DNA of 63,715 nt, the filler included, from Octopus bimaculoides (lineage: Eukaryota), in NCBI RefSeq assembly GCF_001194135.2. It is 5 parts of 4 records of this genome, joined end to end, with 100 filler letters (N's around TTAATTAATTAA, not from the genome) between each part and the next. Parts side by side here need not be neighbours in the genome. Positions count along the whole stretch, not along the records: positions 50,280 to 56,580 come from NC_068987.1; positions 56,681 to 63,715 come from NC_068983.1; 3 more parts are not named here. The stretch is one strand, 5' to 3'. Of this stretch, positions 52,261-63,715 are shown one piece after another. The first letter of the stretch is position 1. Every line of letters starts with the position of its first letter. Below the pieces are notes generated by a model, which was not told the origin of the DNA, searched no databases, and saw only the letters and a list, made by a program, of their open reading frames with translations. Made by a program: the position numbers and the translations under genes.

Positions 52261-52672
52261 GGAGCTTCTTTCAATTTCTGTTGATCAAATCCACTCACAA
52301 GGCTTTCATTGACTTGAGGCTATATTAGAAGACACTTGTCCAAAGCACTACGCAGTGGGACTGAATCTGAAATTATGTGGTAGGGAAGCAAATTTCTCAA
52401 TCACATAGCTATGTCTGCACCAACATATTTGTTACTAACAAACTGTAACACACCATGGTTATTTTTTAGACCCAAACTATTCTCATTTAGTTTATCCCAC
52501 CTGTCCAGAGAGTGTTGAGGTATGAACATAGAAGTAAATGCTACATCTGCTTAAAGTCAAAATTAGGTGCTGAGAAACAGGTGCTATCTCTCTTTGAGAA
52601 CTCCATATATCACCTCATATAAGCATACAACAGACATTAAAAAATACAAGGAATACAATTCCATATACTTAC

Positions 52673-52811
52673 ATCTACATATTCTTTAGCAAGTGATGTC
52701 TTCTGGACTGCCATTACTTCATCGCCTGTAGCAGATATGACTGGTTTTAGTTCTGTTGGACGAAGTTCTGCTAATGGTGTTACTTTTGGTTTCCAGATAG
52801 TTACAGCACCT
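52673..52811 (-). CDS. Unassigned coding exon (GAVTIWKPKVTPLAELRPTELKPVISATGDEVMAVQKTSLAKEYVD)
   Basis: 139-nt open exon, acceptor attcctttctttcag|, donor |gtaagt, phase 2/0. Non-repetitive, protein-like composition. Family not recognised. Confidence 0.65.
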
Positions 52812-53375
52812 CTGAAAGAAAGGAATAACATAAGAACTGTGTTAATACAGTTAACTGATTATTTGGATTAGTAGAATCATTAGCGCATCAAATAAAATGT
52901 TATGCAATATTTATTCTGTTCTGAATTCAAATTCTGCTGAAATCAGCTTTGGTTTTCATCCCTCTAAAGTTGGTAAGATAAAGTACCAGTCAAGTATTGG
53001 GGTTGATCTAATCAACAAACCTACTATCCTCAAAATTTCTGGCCATGAGCTTAAATCAGAAGTAGTTGATATTGTTACTCGATATCTCTTTTTTTGGAAG
53101 GCAGTAGAGATGATTTCTGGGAGATTTGTCTAAAAAGATACTTTCATTGGCTTATCATAGAGATATAATGATAATGATGATGATAACAATGAGGGTTTAG
53201 ATTGTTGCTGTTATTGTTATCAAATCACAATGTGCCATGTTTGAGGAAACTTATGGCAGGAAGATGGCTCATCAAATTAAAAGGAGATTTGTTAGAATAA
53301 TTCGGTATGTTCTTATGTCATGAAGGGTGAAGAATCCAACATTTCAGAGTCTTGTTCTATGCCTGAGTATTAGAA

Positions 53376-53410
<35 letters not shown>

Positions 53411-54129
53411 ATGGGCTTCTTTCTGTTTCCATCTACCAAATCAACTCACAAGGCTTTGGTTAGCTTGGAGCTTTAGTAGAAGACACTTGCCCAAATTGCC
53501 ATGCAGTAGGGCGATCTGAAACCATGTGGTTGAGAAGCAAACTTCTTAACTACACAATCACACCTGCACGTAGCTATTTGTTATTAACAAACTCTAACAC
53601 AACTTGCTGGAGGAATCTAGAAGTCTAAACAGAAAAATAAACAGCTACTTTGTAGATGAGATTAAAGATATCAAAGCTAAGAGACCGGCTCAAACAGGAA
53701 AGGAATACTGAAAGAGTTACCACTTTCACTAAACTATCAAGATACACAAGTTTATCTGGGATTTATTTTAAATAATACCAGTAATGTAAAACTTGACTGG
53801 CAACTGTTGGTGCTGCCATCTATGGTTGTTTTCAAAATAAGAGGCAGAGAGAAAGAGAGTTTACTAAGGAATAAAAGAGAGGGAGAAATTTCCCTCAAGG
53901 GGAGAGAACCACTTAATGCTTTTTTTTCTGCTTTATTATGCAATGTCTTTTTCTTATGAGTGAGAGAACATATGAAAGAATATTTCCATACAGCTCATAT
54001 TTTTCCTCATTTTGGATGTCCTAGTAGTTGCAGATAACTTTATTTTGCTCTATTTGGAACTTAGACCAATTTTCTTTTTCTATAAAGAAAACAAAGTAAT
54101 GTTTTTAGACATTCTATTGAAGAAAAAGG

Positions 54130-55500
54130 ATGCACTTTGTAGGATGCACTTTTTAGAATTACTGTTAGGCCCTATAGTAGGTCCACAGATGTTCTTGGGA
54201 ATTTTGTATATGCTGATGACCTGAATATTCCAAATCTAGAAAAAATTTTCATGGAGTTTAAATATTCAAATGTTCAATCTGACAAGGAGAACATGATCCC
54301 ACCCAAGCGACTGCTATATAGAGAGGGTGAAAAGGTGGCTAAGGAACTTGATACTAAATGCACAATGAAAGTAAACAATTTTGTCGTCGTTGTTATTTAA
54401 CGCCAGATCAGTTCTTGTTGAGTAGACACAACAGAGGAGTTAGCCATCTAAGTTCTTAGTAGTAGGGTAAAGAGAATGATTGAAGATATGAAATTAGGGA
54501 AAATAGCTGATCAAGTATAGTTTCTGAGATGCTTAAAATATCTAGTGAAATAAGGTATAGGCTAGTCACTTGAATAGTCAATCAAGTAATACAGGAAGGT
54601 CTCATACCTAGCAGCTACCATAGCAGCATCATTGTAAATTATTACAGGAACAAAAGAGATGCACTAGAGAGAAGAAACTATAGAGGCATGAAATTGTTGA
54701 ACCAGATTATGAAAGAATTATTGAAAAATTAAGAACAGAATCAGCTTTTCACAGCAGAAGTGTTGAGGCCACCTGATGAAGAGGATTGGCCTGCAAAACT
54801 GCTGTGCTAGTGCCACATAAAAAGCTCTCATGCCAGTGCCATGTAAGAGCACCTGTGTCAGTGCCATGTAAAAGCGCCTGTGCTTGTGCCACATTAACAG
54901 CACCCAGCGCATACTGTAAAGAGATTGGCATTAGGAAAGGCATCTAACCATAGAAACCAAGCTAAATCAGACTTAAACCTGGTGCTGCTCTCCAGCTTGC
55001 CAGCTCTGATCAAACCATCCAACCCATGCCAGCATGGAAAATGGACGTTAAAGGATGAAGATGATACTGTTCCACTTTGTGACAAGAAGCAGTACTATTG
55101 ATGCTATATTTTTTTGTTGAAATAGCTACCAGAAATACTTAGCTAGGAGTATGCCACCATATTTAACATTTGTTGACCTGGTGATGGCCTTTGACTGGGT
55201 CACATGCTCTGTAATCTAGCAGTTACTAAGGAAACTAGGGAAACTAGGGATAGATGAATGGCTTGTGGGGACCATTCAAGCTATATAGAAATAAATTTAA
55301 CATGCAGTTAAGTGTCTATCAGAACTCAAATTCACTCCTGTTTATCATAATCCTCCAAGATATAACAGGAATTTAAGATTTGCTATCTGTGGGAACTTAT
55401 TCATGCTGGTGACCTAATTCTTAGAGAAAAATCTATAGAAGATTTGAAGAAGAAATGCTAGACATGGGTAAAAAAAAATCTGGAATTGAGAAACAATAAA
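54130..55500 (+). mobile_element. Decayed RTE-clade LINE reverse transcriptase fragments, interrupted by SINEs
   Basis: Remnants (W)EFLYADDL at about 54195, IIVNYYRNKRDALERRNYRGMKLLNQIMK at about 54625-54720, and LTFVDLVMAFDWV...LRKLGIDEWLVGTIQA at about 55160-55285. Confidence 0.65.
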
Positions 55501-56096
55501 GTTTACTTTAAGGTGCTTTGACATGTGGGATACAACGCAACATCACTAATGGTGTTAGCATGAAAAAATGCACACAGTAAGCTCTTTAAAGAAATTGGTA
55601 TTCAGAACCAAGCCAAACATTATATATACAAGCAACACATGATCTAGAAGGTCAATAACTTTAAACAAGAATTGACATAGACCCTGATGAACAATTCAGT
55701 CCATGCCAACATGGAAAGTGAAGTAAAGTGAATATCTATGTGTATATGTGTAATGGGTAAAGACAGCCTTCAGTCACAAATGATCATGGGATTGCACCTA
55801 GAAAGTTCCCCTCCTAGGCACAAGTCCAGGCAAGGTTGTTTATGGAAGACCAGCAGTTACCCATGCATACCAGCCTCCCCTCTTTACGCCACTGATGTTA
55901 TCAAAGGGAAAGGCAAAGGCTGATACAGTTTGGCATCAGTGATGTCACAACTCATTTCTACAGATAAGTGAACTAGAGCAATGGGAAATAAAGTGTCTTG
56001 CTCCAGAATTTTGGAATACAGGACCTTGAAGCTATAAATAACAGCATGTAAATATTAGGTTGAAATACCTTTTGGGATAGAATAAGTCAGAGGCTG

Positions 56097-56162
<66 letters not shown>

Positions 56163-56539
56163 TGTATGTGTACATGTATCTTTTACTTGTTTGGATTATT
56201 CGACTGCAGTCATGCTGGGGTACCACCTTGAAATCTTTAGTTCAACAAATCAACTACACCATATATTTTTAAGCTTGATACTTATTTAATCAGTCTCTTT
56301 TGTCAAACTACTAAATTACAGGAACATAAACAAACTAACAATGGTTATCAAAAAGTGATGGAAGACAAAAACACAAACACGAAGGACACACACATGTATA
56401 CACATACACAAGACTTCTTTCAGTTTCCATCTACCAAATCCACTCACAAAGCTTTGGTCAGTCCAAAGTTATAGTAGATGACACTTGCCTAAAGCACCAC
56501 ACAGTGGAACTGAACCCAAGACCATATGGTTGGGAAGTG

Positions 56540-56580
<41 letters not shown>

Positions 56581-57541
56581 NNNNNNNNNNNNNNNNNNNN
56601 NNNNNNNNNNNNNNNNNNNNNNNNTTAATTAATTAANNNNNNNNNNNNNNNNNNNNNNNNNNNNNNNNNNNNNNNNNNNNTATATATAGTTGAAAAATAT
56701 CCTTATAGGTATAAATATACCATAAACAATTATGGAAAAATGGAAGAGAGAAAGATGTTGCATCAAAATTAGATTAATACAAAATAGGATTCAATGCATA
56801 CGCACATTTCAAAGGGCAATACAAATATATAAACAGGGCCACGTGGCCCTGTTTACATTATACTTCGTCTCGACCTGCTACCATTTTTTAAAACATATTC
56901 GTTAGATTTTTATTCTTATTTTTATGTTATAGTTTACTGCACATACAGACGTGCATACACATTGACATGTCGGTCTTTTTTCTCTTTCGTCTCTCTCACT
57001 GTGTTTATTATGTAAATGCATTTCTTACATTTATATAAAAGGTATAAAAAAGAAGTCAGTCAGTTTACTACAGCTTGCTGGAGCCTTCTAAAAGGTATAA
57101 AAAGGAAGAAGTCAGTAATTTTATTACAGTTGTCAAGAACTCAGCTATCACTTAAATACATTTTGAAATCTGATGATTATTACGGACGTATGAAAGCACT
57201 AATTGAACTTTATGAACATTACAAAATATATATGTATTTTTTAATGTTTAACACACTTCAACATTGTAATTTTTTTTTAAATACGGTAATAAAAAACGAG
57301 AAAAATTCAACTGATATATTATTCTATACAAATTTACACAAATTCGGGGAAAATATATATGAAATAACCACGTTTGTATATAAACAGACTTACATTTGTC
57401 TTTTCTTTAGAAGCGCCCAATGTGTATCGTATGATACAGACAAGAAAGTGACATTTTCACCGTTAAAACAGCAGAAAAATTGGGCAATGTAACCCTTACA
57501 AGGCGGAAAAAGTCGTCATGCATGAATGCATACAAACATAC

Positions 57542-57590
57542 TGACAATGTTCCGTCATAGAGGTCAGCTGTCCTGCTGATGTGAATATCT
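57542..57590 (-). CDS. Possible small exon (IFTSAGQLTSMTEHC), in phase with the 52811-52673 exon
   Basis: Acceptor ttctttctctttgattttcaaag|, donor |gtatgt. Ends in phase 2; contains an ATG at 57558-57556. Confidence 0.4.
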
Positions 57591-57944
57591 CTTTGAAAAT
57601 CAAAGAGAAAGAAGATAACTAAGGACAACTGCTTCGAAACCTCCAGCTTCTATGTCTGGATTATAAATTTACATTTATACCAATAATAATTGGAGCACTT
57701 GGTTTCGTAAGTAAGTCCCTAACTGTCAGTCTAGATAGCTTGGATTTTTCAGAAAAAGAAATTAACCAACTGATTCGCACATTATAAATACTTTCTGTAA
57801 GTGGAACGATAAAACTATGCAAGTCTTTTCTCGGGTTTAAAATATGACATTGTTTTCGTTATCTTTATTCCCAAAATGGATCTTTGTATCTTTGTGAGAA
57901 ATCAGCTCGTTCTTCGGAGGAAGAATTTAAATGGTTAAATACAG

Positions 57945-58049
<105 letters not shown>

Positions 58050-58569
58050 ACACGCACACACACACACACACGTATATATGTATGATTGTATGTATGTGTG
58101 TATATATTTATATATATATATAAATGACTCGATAATATGAACACTATGAACTTGCCGGAAGGACTGGAAAATCCAACCTTTCCACACACACACACACGCA
58201 CGCACGCGCGCACACACACACATTGTTTTTATGTCAACTTTTTAACATTAAACTGGAGAATTGCTCAATACATTTTTTTTCAGAATGTAGATGTTAATTT
58301 TACGTTTATTTTAGGTTTTTAAGAATGCTGATCGTTTCTTTTATGTTCCGATCTGTCGGCCTTCGTCAGGCAGTCTTATATATTATATTAGTTTTTATAA
58401 CAGAAAGTTGACAGTGACTTCGAAATTTCAGCCTGTGTGCTGTCATTCGAAGAGGAAGTTGAATCTTCGAAACTACTATCAATCTTTTCTTTGTAAAATT
58501 TAATAAATATATGCAAAACTAAAAAGTTGGTAGTGAGTGTTAAAGTGCTTTTGCATATAACTACTACTT

Positions 58570-58805
58570 ATTTCTTTATTTCTTTATTGCCCACAAGGGG
58601 CTAAACATAGAGGGGACAAACAAGGACAGACAAAGGGATTAAGTCGATTACATCGACCCCAGTGCGTAACTGGTACTTAATTTATCGACCCCGAAAGGAT
58701 GAAAGGCAAAGTCGACCTCGACGGAATTTGAACTCAGAACGTAACGGCAGACGAAATACCAGTAAGCATTTCGCCCGGTGTGCTAACGTTTCTGCCAGCT
58801 CGCCA
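58570..58805 (-). mobile_element. SINE family 2 (ggcgagctggcagaaacgttagc head; LINE-like 3' tail)
   Basis: B-box gagttcaaattcc; tail cccctctatgtttagccccttgtgggcaataaagaaa. Further copies at about 1600-1830, 25320-25520, 27485-27690, 33400-33535, 35544-35765, 38180-38340 and 62540-62690. Confidence 0.85.
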
Positions 58806-58850
58806 CCTTTTCAGAGTGTAGAAAACGTAGTAACACTCCATGACCACATG

Positions 58851-58898
<48 letters not shown>

Positions 58899-58906
58899 GC
58901 TGCTAC

Positions 58907-58938
<32 letters not shown>

Positions 58939-59030
58939 CTTCTTCTTCTTCTTCTTCTTCTTCTTCTTCTTCTTCTTCTTCTTCTTCTTCTTCTTCTTCT
59001 TCTTCTTCTTCTTCTTCTTCTTCTTCTCCT
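58851..59030. repeat. Compound microsatellite (TAC)n(TTC)n; other large simple repeats: (GT)n 1458-1551, (GA)n 12077-12147, (CA)n 52180-52258 and 57947-58070, (TTC)n 60878-61042
   Basis: Direct inspection. Confidence 0.95.
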
Positions 59031-60139
59031 TCTTTCACCATCCAAGAAGCAAGTTCGGCTAAATGTGCTGCCTTGCCACGCAAACCTGTCCATCATTTTA
59101 GATCTCTTCTTTCAACTAAAATAGATGACTTCACGCCTGTGTTTCCCACGGGCAAGCCGAATCATTACAAAAGTCTTGCTATTCTAATTCTGAGTCGAAA
59201 TTATCTTACAAGATGCAGAAATTTAGGAAGAATTTATTTATTTTTCAGCAGTAAGCGCTACAAAGTCTCAATCATTTGCAAAACGATCACGAATAATAAA
59301 TGGAAAGACTTTTGCATTAGCTACAAAATGCTGCAAATTGAAGAGGCGATCACAAGATTTTTATCTTAAATATGTTACTGAAGAACAATCAGGGTCAAAA
59401 GAATAACGAGAGTTACATTTAGGAAATATTTGAGCGAGGATATCAGTCTGTTGGGCAAAATTTTTTACAGGAAAATGAGCCGCTCTATTCACATTTCAAC
59501 GTGAAATAACACTGCGTAACACGATTTTTGTGCTTGGGTGGAAACTGTTTCCTATTTGCTTAATCCTAGAAAGTATGATAAATGACTGATATTTCCTTCA
59601 GACTTTGCATTTCTTACATTTATTTAAATCTCAAAGAATCCCTCTCAACATATGGTTATGACGCTTCCCCATTATTCCTGTTCAAGAACGAGATGCACAT
59701 ATTGTGAGCCACTAAGTGACATACTCAAGTGCTTAAGGTCAAGCAACGGACAAGCAAATCCGTGGTATTGAGTAGAATATTTGCTTTAACGAGATTCATG
59801 TTTGAGCAACTCCGCGCTGAATTTGTCTGAAATGCAATGGAAAACAGGCCAGTTTGAAAACATTGATGTCCAGGTCACAAAAGCAAAGTTTGAAGGGAAT
59901 AGTAGTCATTTCCTTTGATTTTTAGGTAGAAGCAAATAGGAAATAACACTTACCAACCAAAGAAAAAAATTAAACTTTGTTAGACAGTGTAATTTAATTA
60001 TCGCTGCAAAATGATCGAGATAACATTCACAGTGATACCCTATTCACAGTATCGAATGTTTTAATTTGATCTCCAAGACAAAATCTATACCACTTCTCCA
60101 ATGGATATAATTTTGCCCTGTGAAATTATATCCATTGCA

Positions 60140-60850
60140 TCATTGACAGAACGGAAACCACACCGATTCTAAAAGAACATTAATTACGAAGGATTTAGTC
60201 AGGCACCAGAAAGTACGTGACACCAGAAGAATTGACGAAAGCTGGCAGCAGAAGCATTCATCAATAGTTGCCACATTACATATACGTCTTTCCGTACAAA
60301 TACAGGCGGGAATCCACCATAAATCCAGGCCTGGTGAGACTCCAGATACTGTAATTTGTACTGACATTCTTCCCATGTACGTTTGGAAGAGGGCGATTTC
60401 CTCGGTGCGACACGTGGTCACCGAGCTCTGTATCGCCTGCCCTTCGGTCTTAAAAAGAACCTCTACTCCGCCGTACTGCCCCGCTATCACAATGTGGTGG
60501 ATATCCTGCCATATATCTTTCAAGGATTTTTCCACCTGGTCGCGTTTAGCATTTTCGAGTTTCCTTGTCTTTGTGTTCACGAACCTGTTGACAACTGTCC
60601 GTTTGGCTGTTGCTTCAAGCACGTCGCTTGGAGGCGCCAATTCTGCCTTCCTTCCATTCATTTTCATATATTTTGCTGCCTTGTTTAGTTTTTTTATTTT
60701 GTTCTCCAATGAGATGTTAATCAATTCCTAGGCTGCCGTGATATTTGCAAAAGTCCCTTTCCGGCCGCAAACTCCATTTTTGTTAGATTCTTCGCGACAG
60801 TTGCTTTCAGTGTTGTTCTTCGTGCTACTTCAATTTCCATGTAGAGAGGA
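60140..60850 (-). mobile_element. Probable LINE ORF1 fragment (194-aa ORF at 60724-60140) with upstream UTR-like sequence
   Basis: Intronless, CpG-rich, lysine-rich N-terminus followed by an RRM-like pattern (IHHIVIAGQYGGVEVLFKTE...YMGRMSVQITVSGV), as in Tx1/L1 ORF1. The C-terminus appears to run into unrelated sequence. Confidence 0.5.
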
Positions 60851-61857
60851 AGATTTTACTCCTTCTCGCCTCTCACCTTCTTCTTCTTCTTCTTCTTCTT
60901 CTTCTTCTTCTTCTTCTTCTTCTTCTTCTTCTTCTTCTCCTCCTCCTCCTCCTTCTTCTTCTTCTTCTTCTTTTTCTTCTTTTTCTTCTTCTTCTTCTTC
61001 TTCTTCTTCTTCTTCTTCTTCTTCTTCTCCTCCTCCTTCTCCNNNNNNNNNNNNNNNNNNNNNNNNNNNNNNNNNNNNNNNNNNNNNNNNNNNNNNNNNN
61101 NNNNNNNNNNNNNNNNNNNNNNNNNNNNNNNNNNNNNNNNNNNNNNNNNNNNNNNNNNNNNNNNNNNNNNNNNNNNNNNNNNNNNNNNNNNNNNNNNNNN
61201 NNNNNNNNNNNNNNNNNNNNNNNNNNNNNNNNNNNNNNNNNNNNNNNNNNNNNNNNNNNNNNNNNNNNNNNNNNNNNNNNNNNNNNNNNNNNNNNNNNNN
61301 NNNNNNNNNNNNNNNNNNNNNNNNNNNNNNNNNNNNNNNNNNNNNNNNNNNNNNNNNNNNNNNNNNNNNNNNNNNNNNNNNNNNNNNNNNNNNNNNNNNN
61401 NNNNNNNNNNNNNNNNNNNNNNNNNNNNNNNNNNNNNNNNNNNNNNNNNNNNNNNNNNNNNNNNNNNNNNNNNNNNNNNNNNNNNNNNNNNNNNNNNNNN
61501 NNNNNNNNNNNNNNNNNNNNNNNNNNNNNNNNNNNNNNNNNNNNNNNNNNNNNNNNNNNNNNNNNNNNNNNNNNNNNNNNNNNNNNNNNNNNNNNNNNNN
61601 NNNNNNNNNNNNNNNNNNNNNNNNNNNNNNNNNNNNNNNNNNNNNNNNNNNNNNNNNNNNNNNNNNNNNNNNNNNNNNNNNNNNNNNNNNNNNNNNNNNN
61701 NNNNNNNNNNNNNNNNNNNNNNNNNNNNNNNNNNNNNNNNNNNNNNNNNNNNNNNNNNNGATTTAAACGGCAAAATACAGTATATGATAGAACCTTTTAA
61801 ACAAATGAATTAGTCATAAACTTACAGCGCTCCAAAAGCACACCTCCAGCTATGGCG

Positions 61858-61909
<52 letters not shown>

Positions 61910-61912
<3 letters not shown>

Positions 61913-62470
61913 ATGCCCGGATGCAGTACCAGGCAGTGTCTCTCATGGCTTCTGATCTTAATTGACTGGAAGTGTTATCATGTATATTGTTTTGTCTTGG
62001 TATAAAAAATGGGCTACAGCAAATATTCTGCTCAATACTACAAATTTGTTTGTTGTCAATTGTTTGACTTTAACCAGTTTAATATGTCGCTTGGTGGTTG
62101 ATGATATGTGCATCTCTGATCATGAGCAGAAGTAGTGGGGGAGCATCATAGCCATGTGTTGAGAGGAATTCTTTGGGGTTTGGATAATTCACCATTGGAA
62201 ACAAGTGTGTTTTGCTCAACATCCTTAAACAAACCTTATTCAGGGACCATTTGAGCGGGATGGGCTACTCGACCTGAAGAAAATTCTAACTGGGCCCCAC
62301 CTGCGAGGCCATGCGCTGTTCATCTTGATATGAGATCACCATATCGCGCACATATGGTTGTGATGCATGTGCCTGGTGTACCTTTATCAGACGGGTAGTC
62401 ACGATGGGTATACTCGGCTTCGTATACTTTACCCCAGTGTCACTTTGATGGCATGCACTGCTCTCTCACT
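61910..62470 (+). mobile_element. Interspersed repeat ending in (TAC)n(TAA)n; partial inverted copy at about 59630-59785
   Basis: The 62018-62176 segment aligns to the reverse complement of 59630-59785. Confidence 0.55.
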
Positions 62471-62511
<41 letters not shown>

Positions 62512-63417
62512 ATAATAATAATAATAATAACAATGATAATAAACCTTTCTACTATTGGCGCAAGGCCTGAAATTTTGAGGGAGGGGCTAGTCGATTACAT
62601 CTACCCCAATGCTCAATTGCTAGTTATTTCAAGGATCCCGAAAGGATGAAAGCAACGTCGACCTCTACGAAATTTGAACTCAGATGCTTTCATATTTAGG
62701 CTCAAGGCCAGCTATTTTGTAGAGTTAGTGATTAGTTGATACAGTCGCTATCATTAGTTGATTGGTATATTTCGTTAGTTCCGAAGGTATGACAAAGTTA
62801 ACCTTGGTGGAATTTGAAGTTAAAACACAGGAATTAATTCACGCTTAGCCATCAGCACGTATGTGTGTGCATGCGTATGTTGTGTGTTGTGTGTGTGAGT
62901 GTCTGAGTGAGTTTTTATGCATGTATGAATACATGGATTATGACGGCTTTTTTTGAACTACTAACTTTAATCTATAATAACATGAAAAATCTACATCGTT
63001 TGATAATACTTTTGCCGTTGCTATAGTTGTTTAAACCCTAAGTTTACTCTCATTAGACAGACGTGCGATAAAAATGAACTTTTCCTAGCAATGAAATTAC
63101 ATAGTATCTTTTAACCTTTCTTGTTAATGTGGGTAGGGTTTGGTTTGAGGTTTCGGTTGCTATATCTACTGGGTCGAACAACATGTAAGAGGTTTCGCCG
63201 TTGGTTCGATTACACAGACAAAAATCTATTCTCCGCCATTTCTATGATTAATTCAAATCGCCCAGCTCACAATCTAGCTTTTATGTCGCCGATGTTTGCA
63301 ACTATAAAAAAGACAAAACAGAACGGTGGTTTTAGGCTATAAATAAACAGAGAAAATGGACGCAACAGTAATGCAGTGATAGCAAGAAAGAAATAAAAAA
63401 GAATATTCACCAGCATG

Positions 63418-63448
<31 letters not shown>

Positions 63449-63715
63449 TAATAAATTATAGGGTAGCAAAAAAATTTTTAGAAATTTTATTTACAACCAG
63501 TGGTCTAGCGAGAGTAAAAATGAGTCAATAGACTATGTATTATTCATTTAAAATACAGAGATGCCTATAATAGGACATCTGACCCGCTAGAAAGAGCAGC
63601 AAAAAGAAAATCGGCATTTTTTGTATTTGCTGCCGATTAGGTAAACCGCAAATACGCGGTAAATTTGGAAAATTAAACATATGAACACGGGCCATGCTCC
63701 CTATGACTCGTGTTT

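Noticed and set aside
54608-54680. Minus-strand exon-like segment with AG|GTATGA donor, considered as the SMNDC1 first exon
   Set aside because: It is the antisense strand of an RTE LINE remnant and does not encode the M...QLQQ motif.

Overview
AT-rich, microsatellite-dense eukaryotic DNA with many N-gaps. The SINE content suggests an octopus/cephalopod genome (inference). The one gene I can identify is a minus-strand SMNDC1/SPF30 orthologue (Tudor-domain splicing factor) with three clear coding exons: 48870-48805, 43027-42855 and 35971-35884. Its canonical first exon and most 3' exons are not visible and probably lie in gaps; a possible terminal exon sits at 6259-6243. The rest is introns and intergenic DNA filled with tRNA-headed SINEs, Tx1 and RTE LINE remnants, mariner/Tc1, hAT, piggyBac-type MITEs and Helitron fragments. 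Main leads: (1) a 63-nt cassette with strong splice sites and stops in all frames between the SMNDC1 KKDLQ and Tudor exons, a candidate autoregulatory poison exon; (2) a TSD-flanked, tRNA-headed retroelement with two inverted, minimal dimer-type hammerhead ribozymes (28348-28723); (3) unexplained same-strand exons upstream that splice in frame onto SMNDC1; (4) a SINE sharing its 3' tail with a Tx1 LINE; (5) a 167-bp gap-free imperfect palindrome. All calls come from manual reading; no searches were run.
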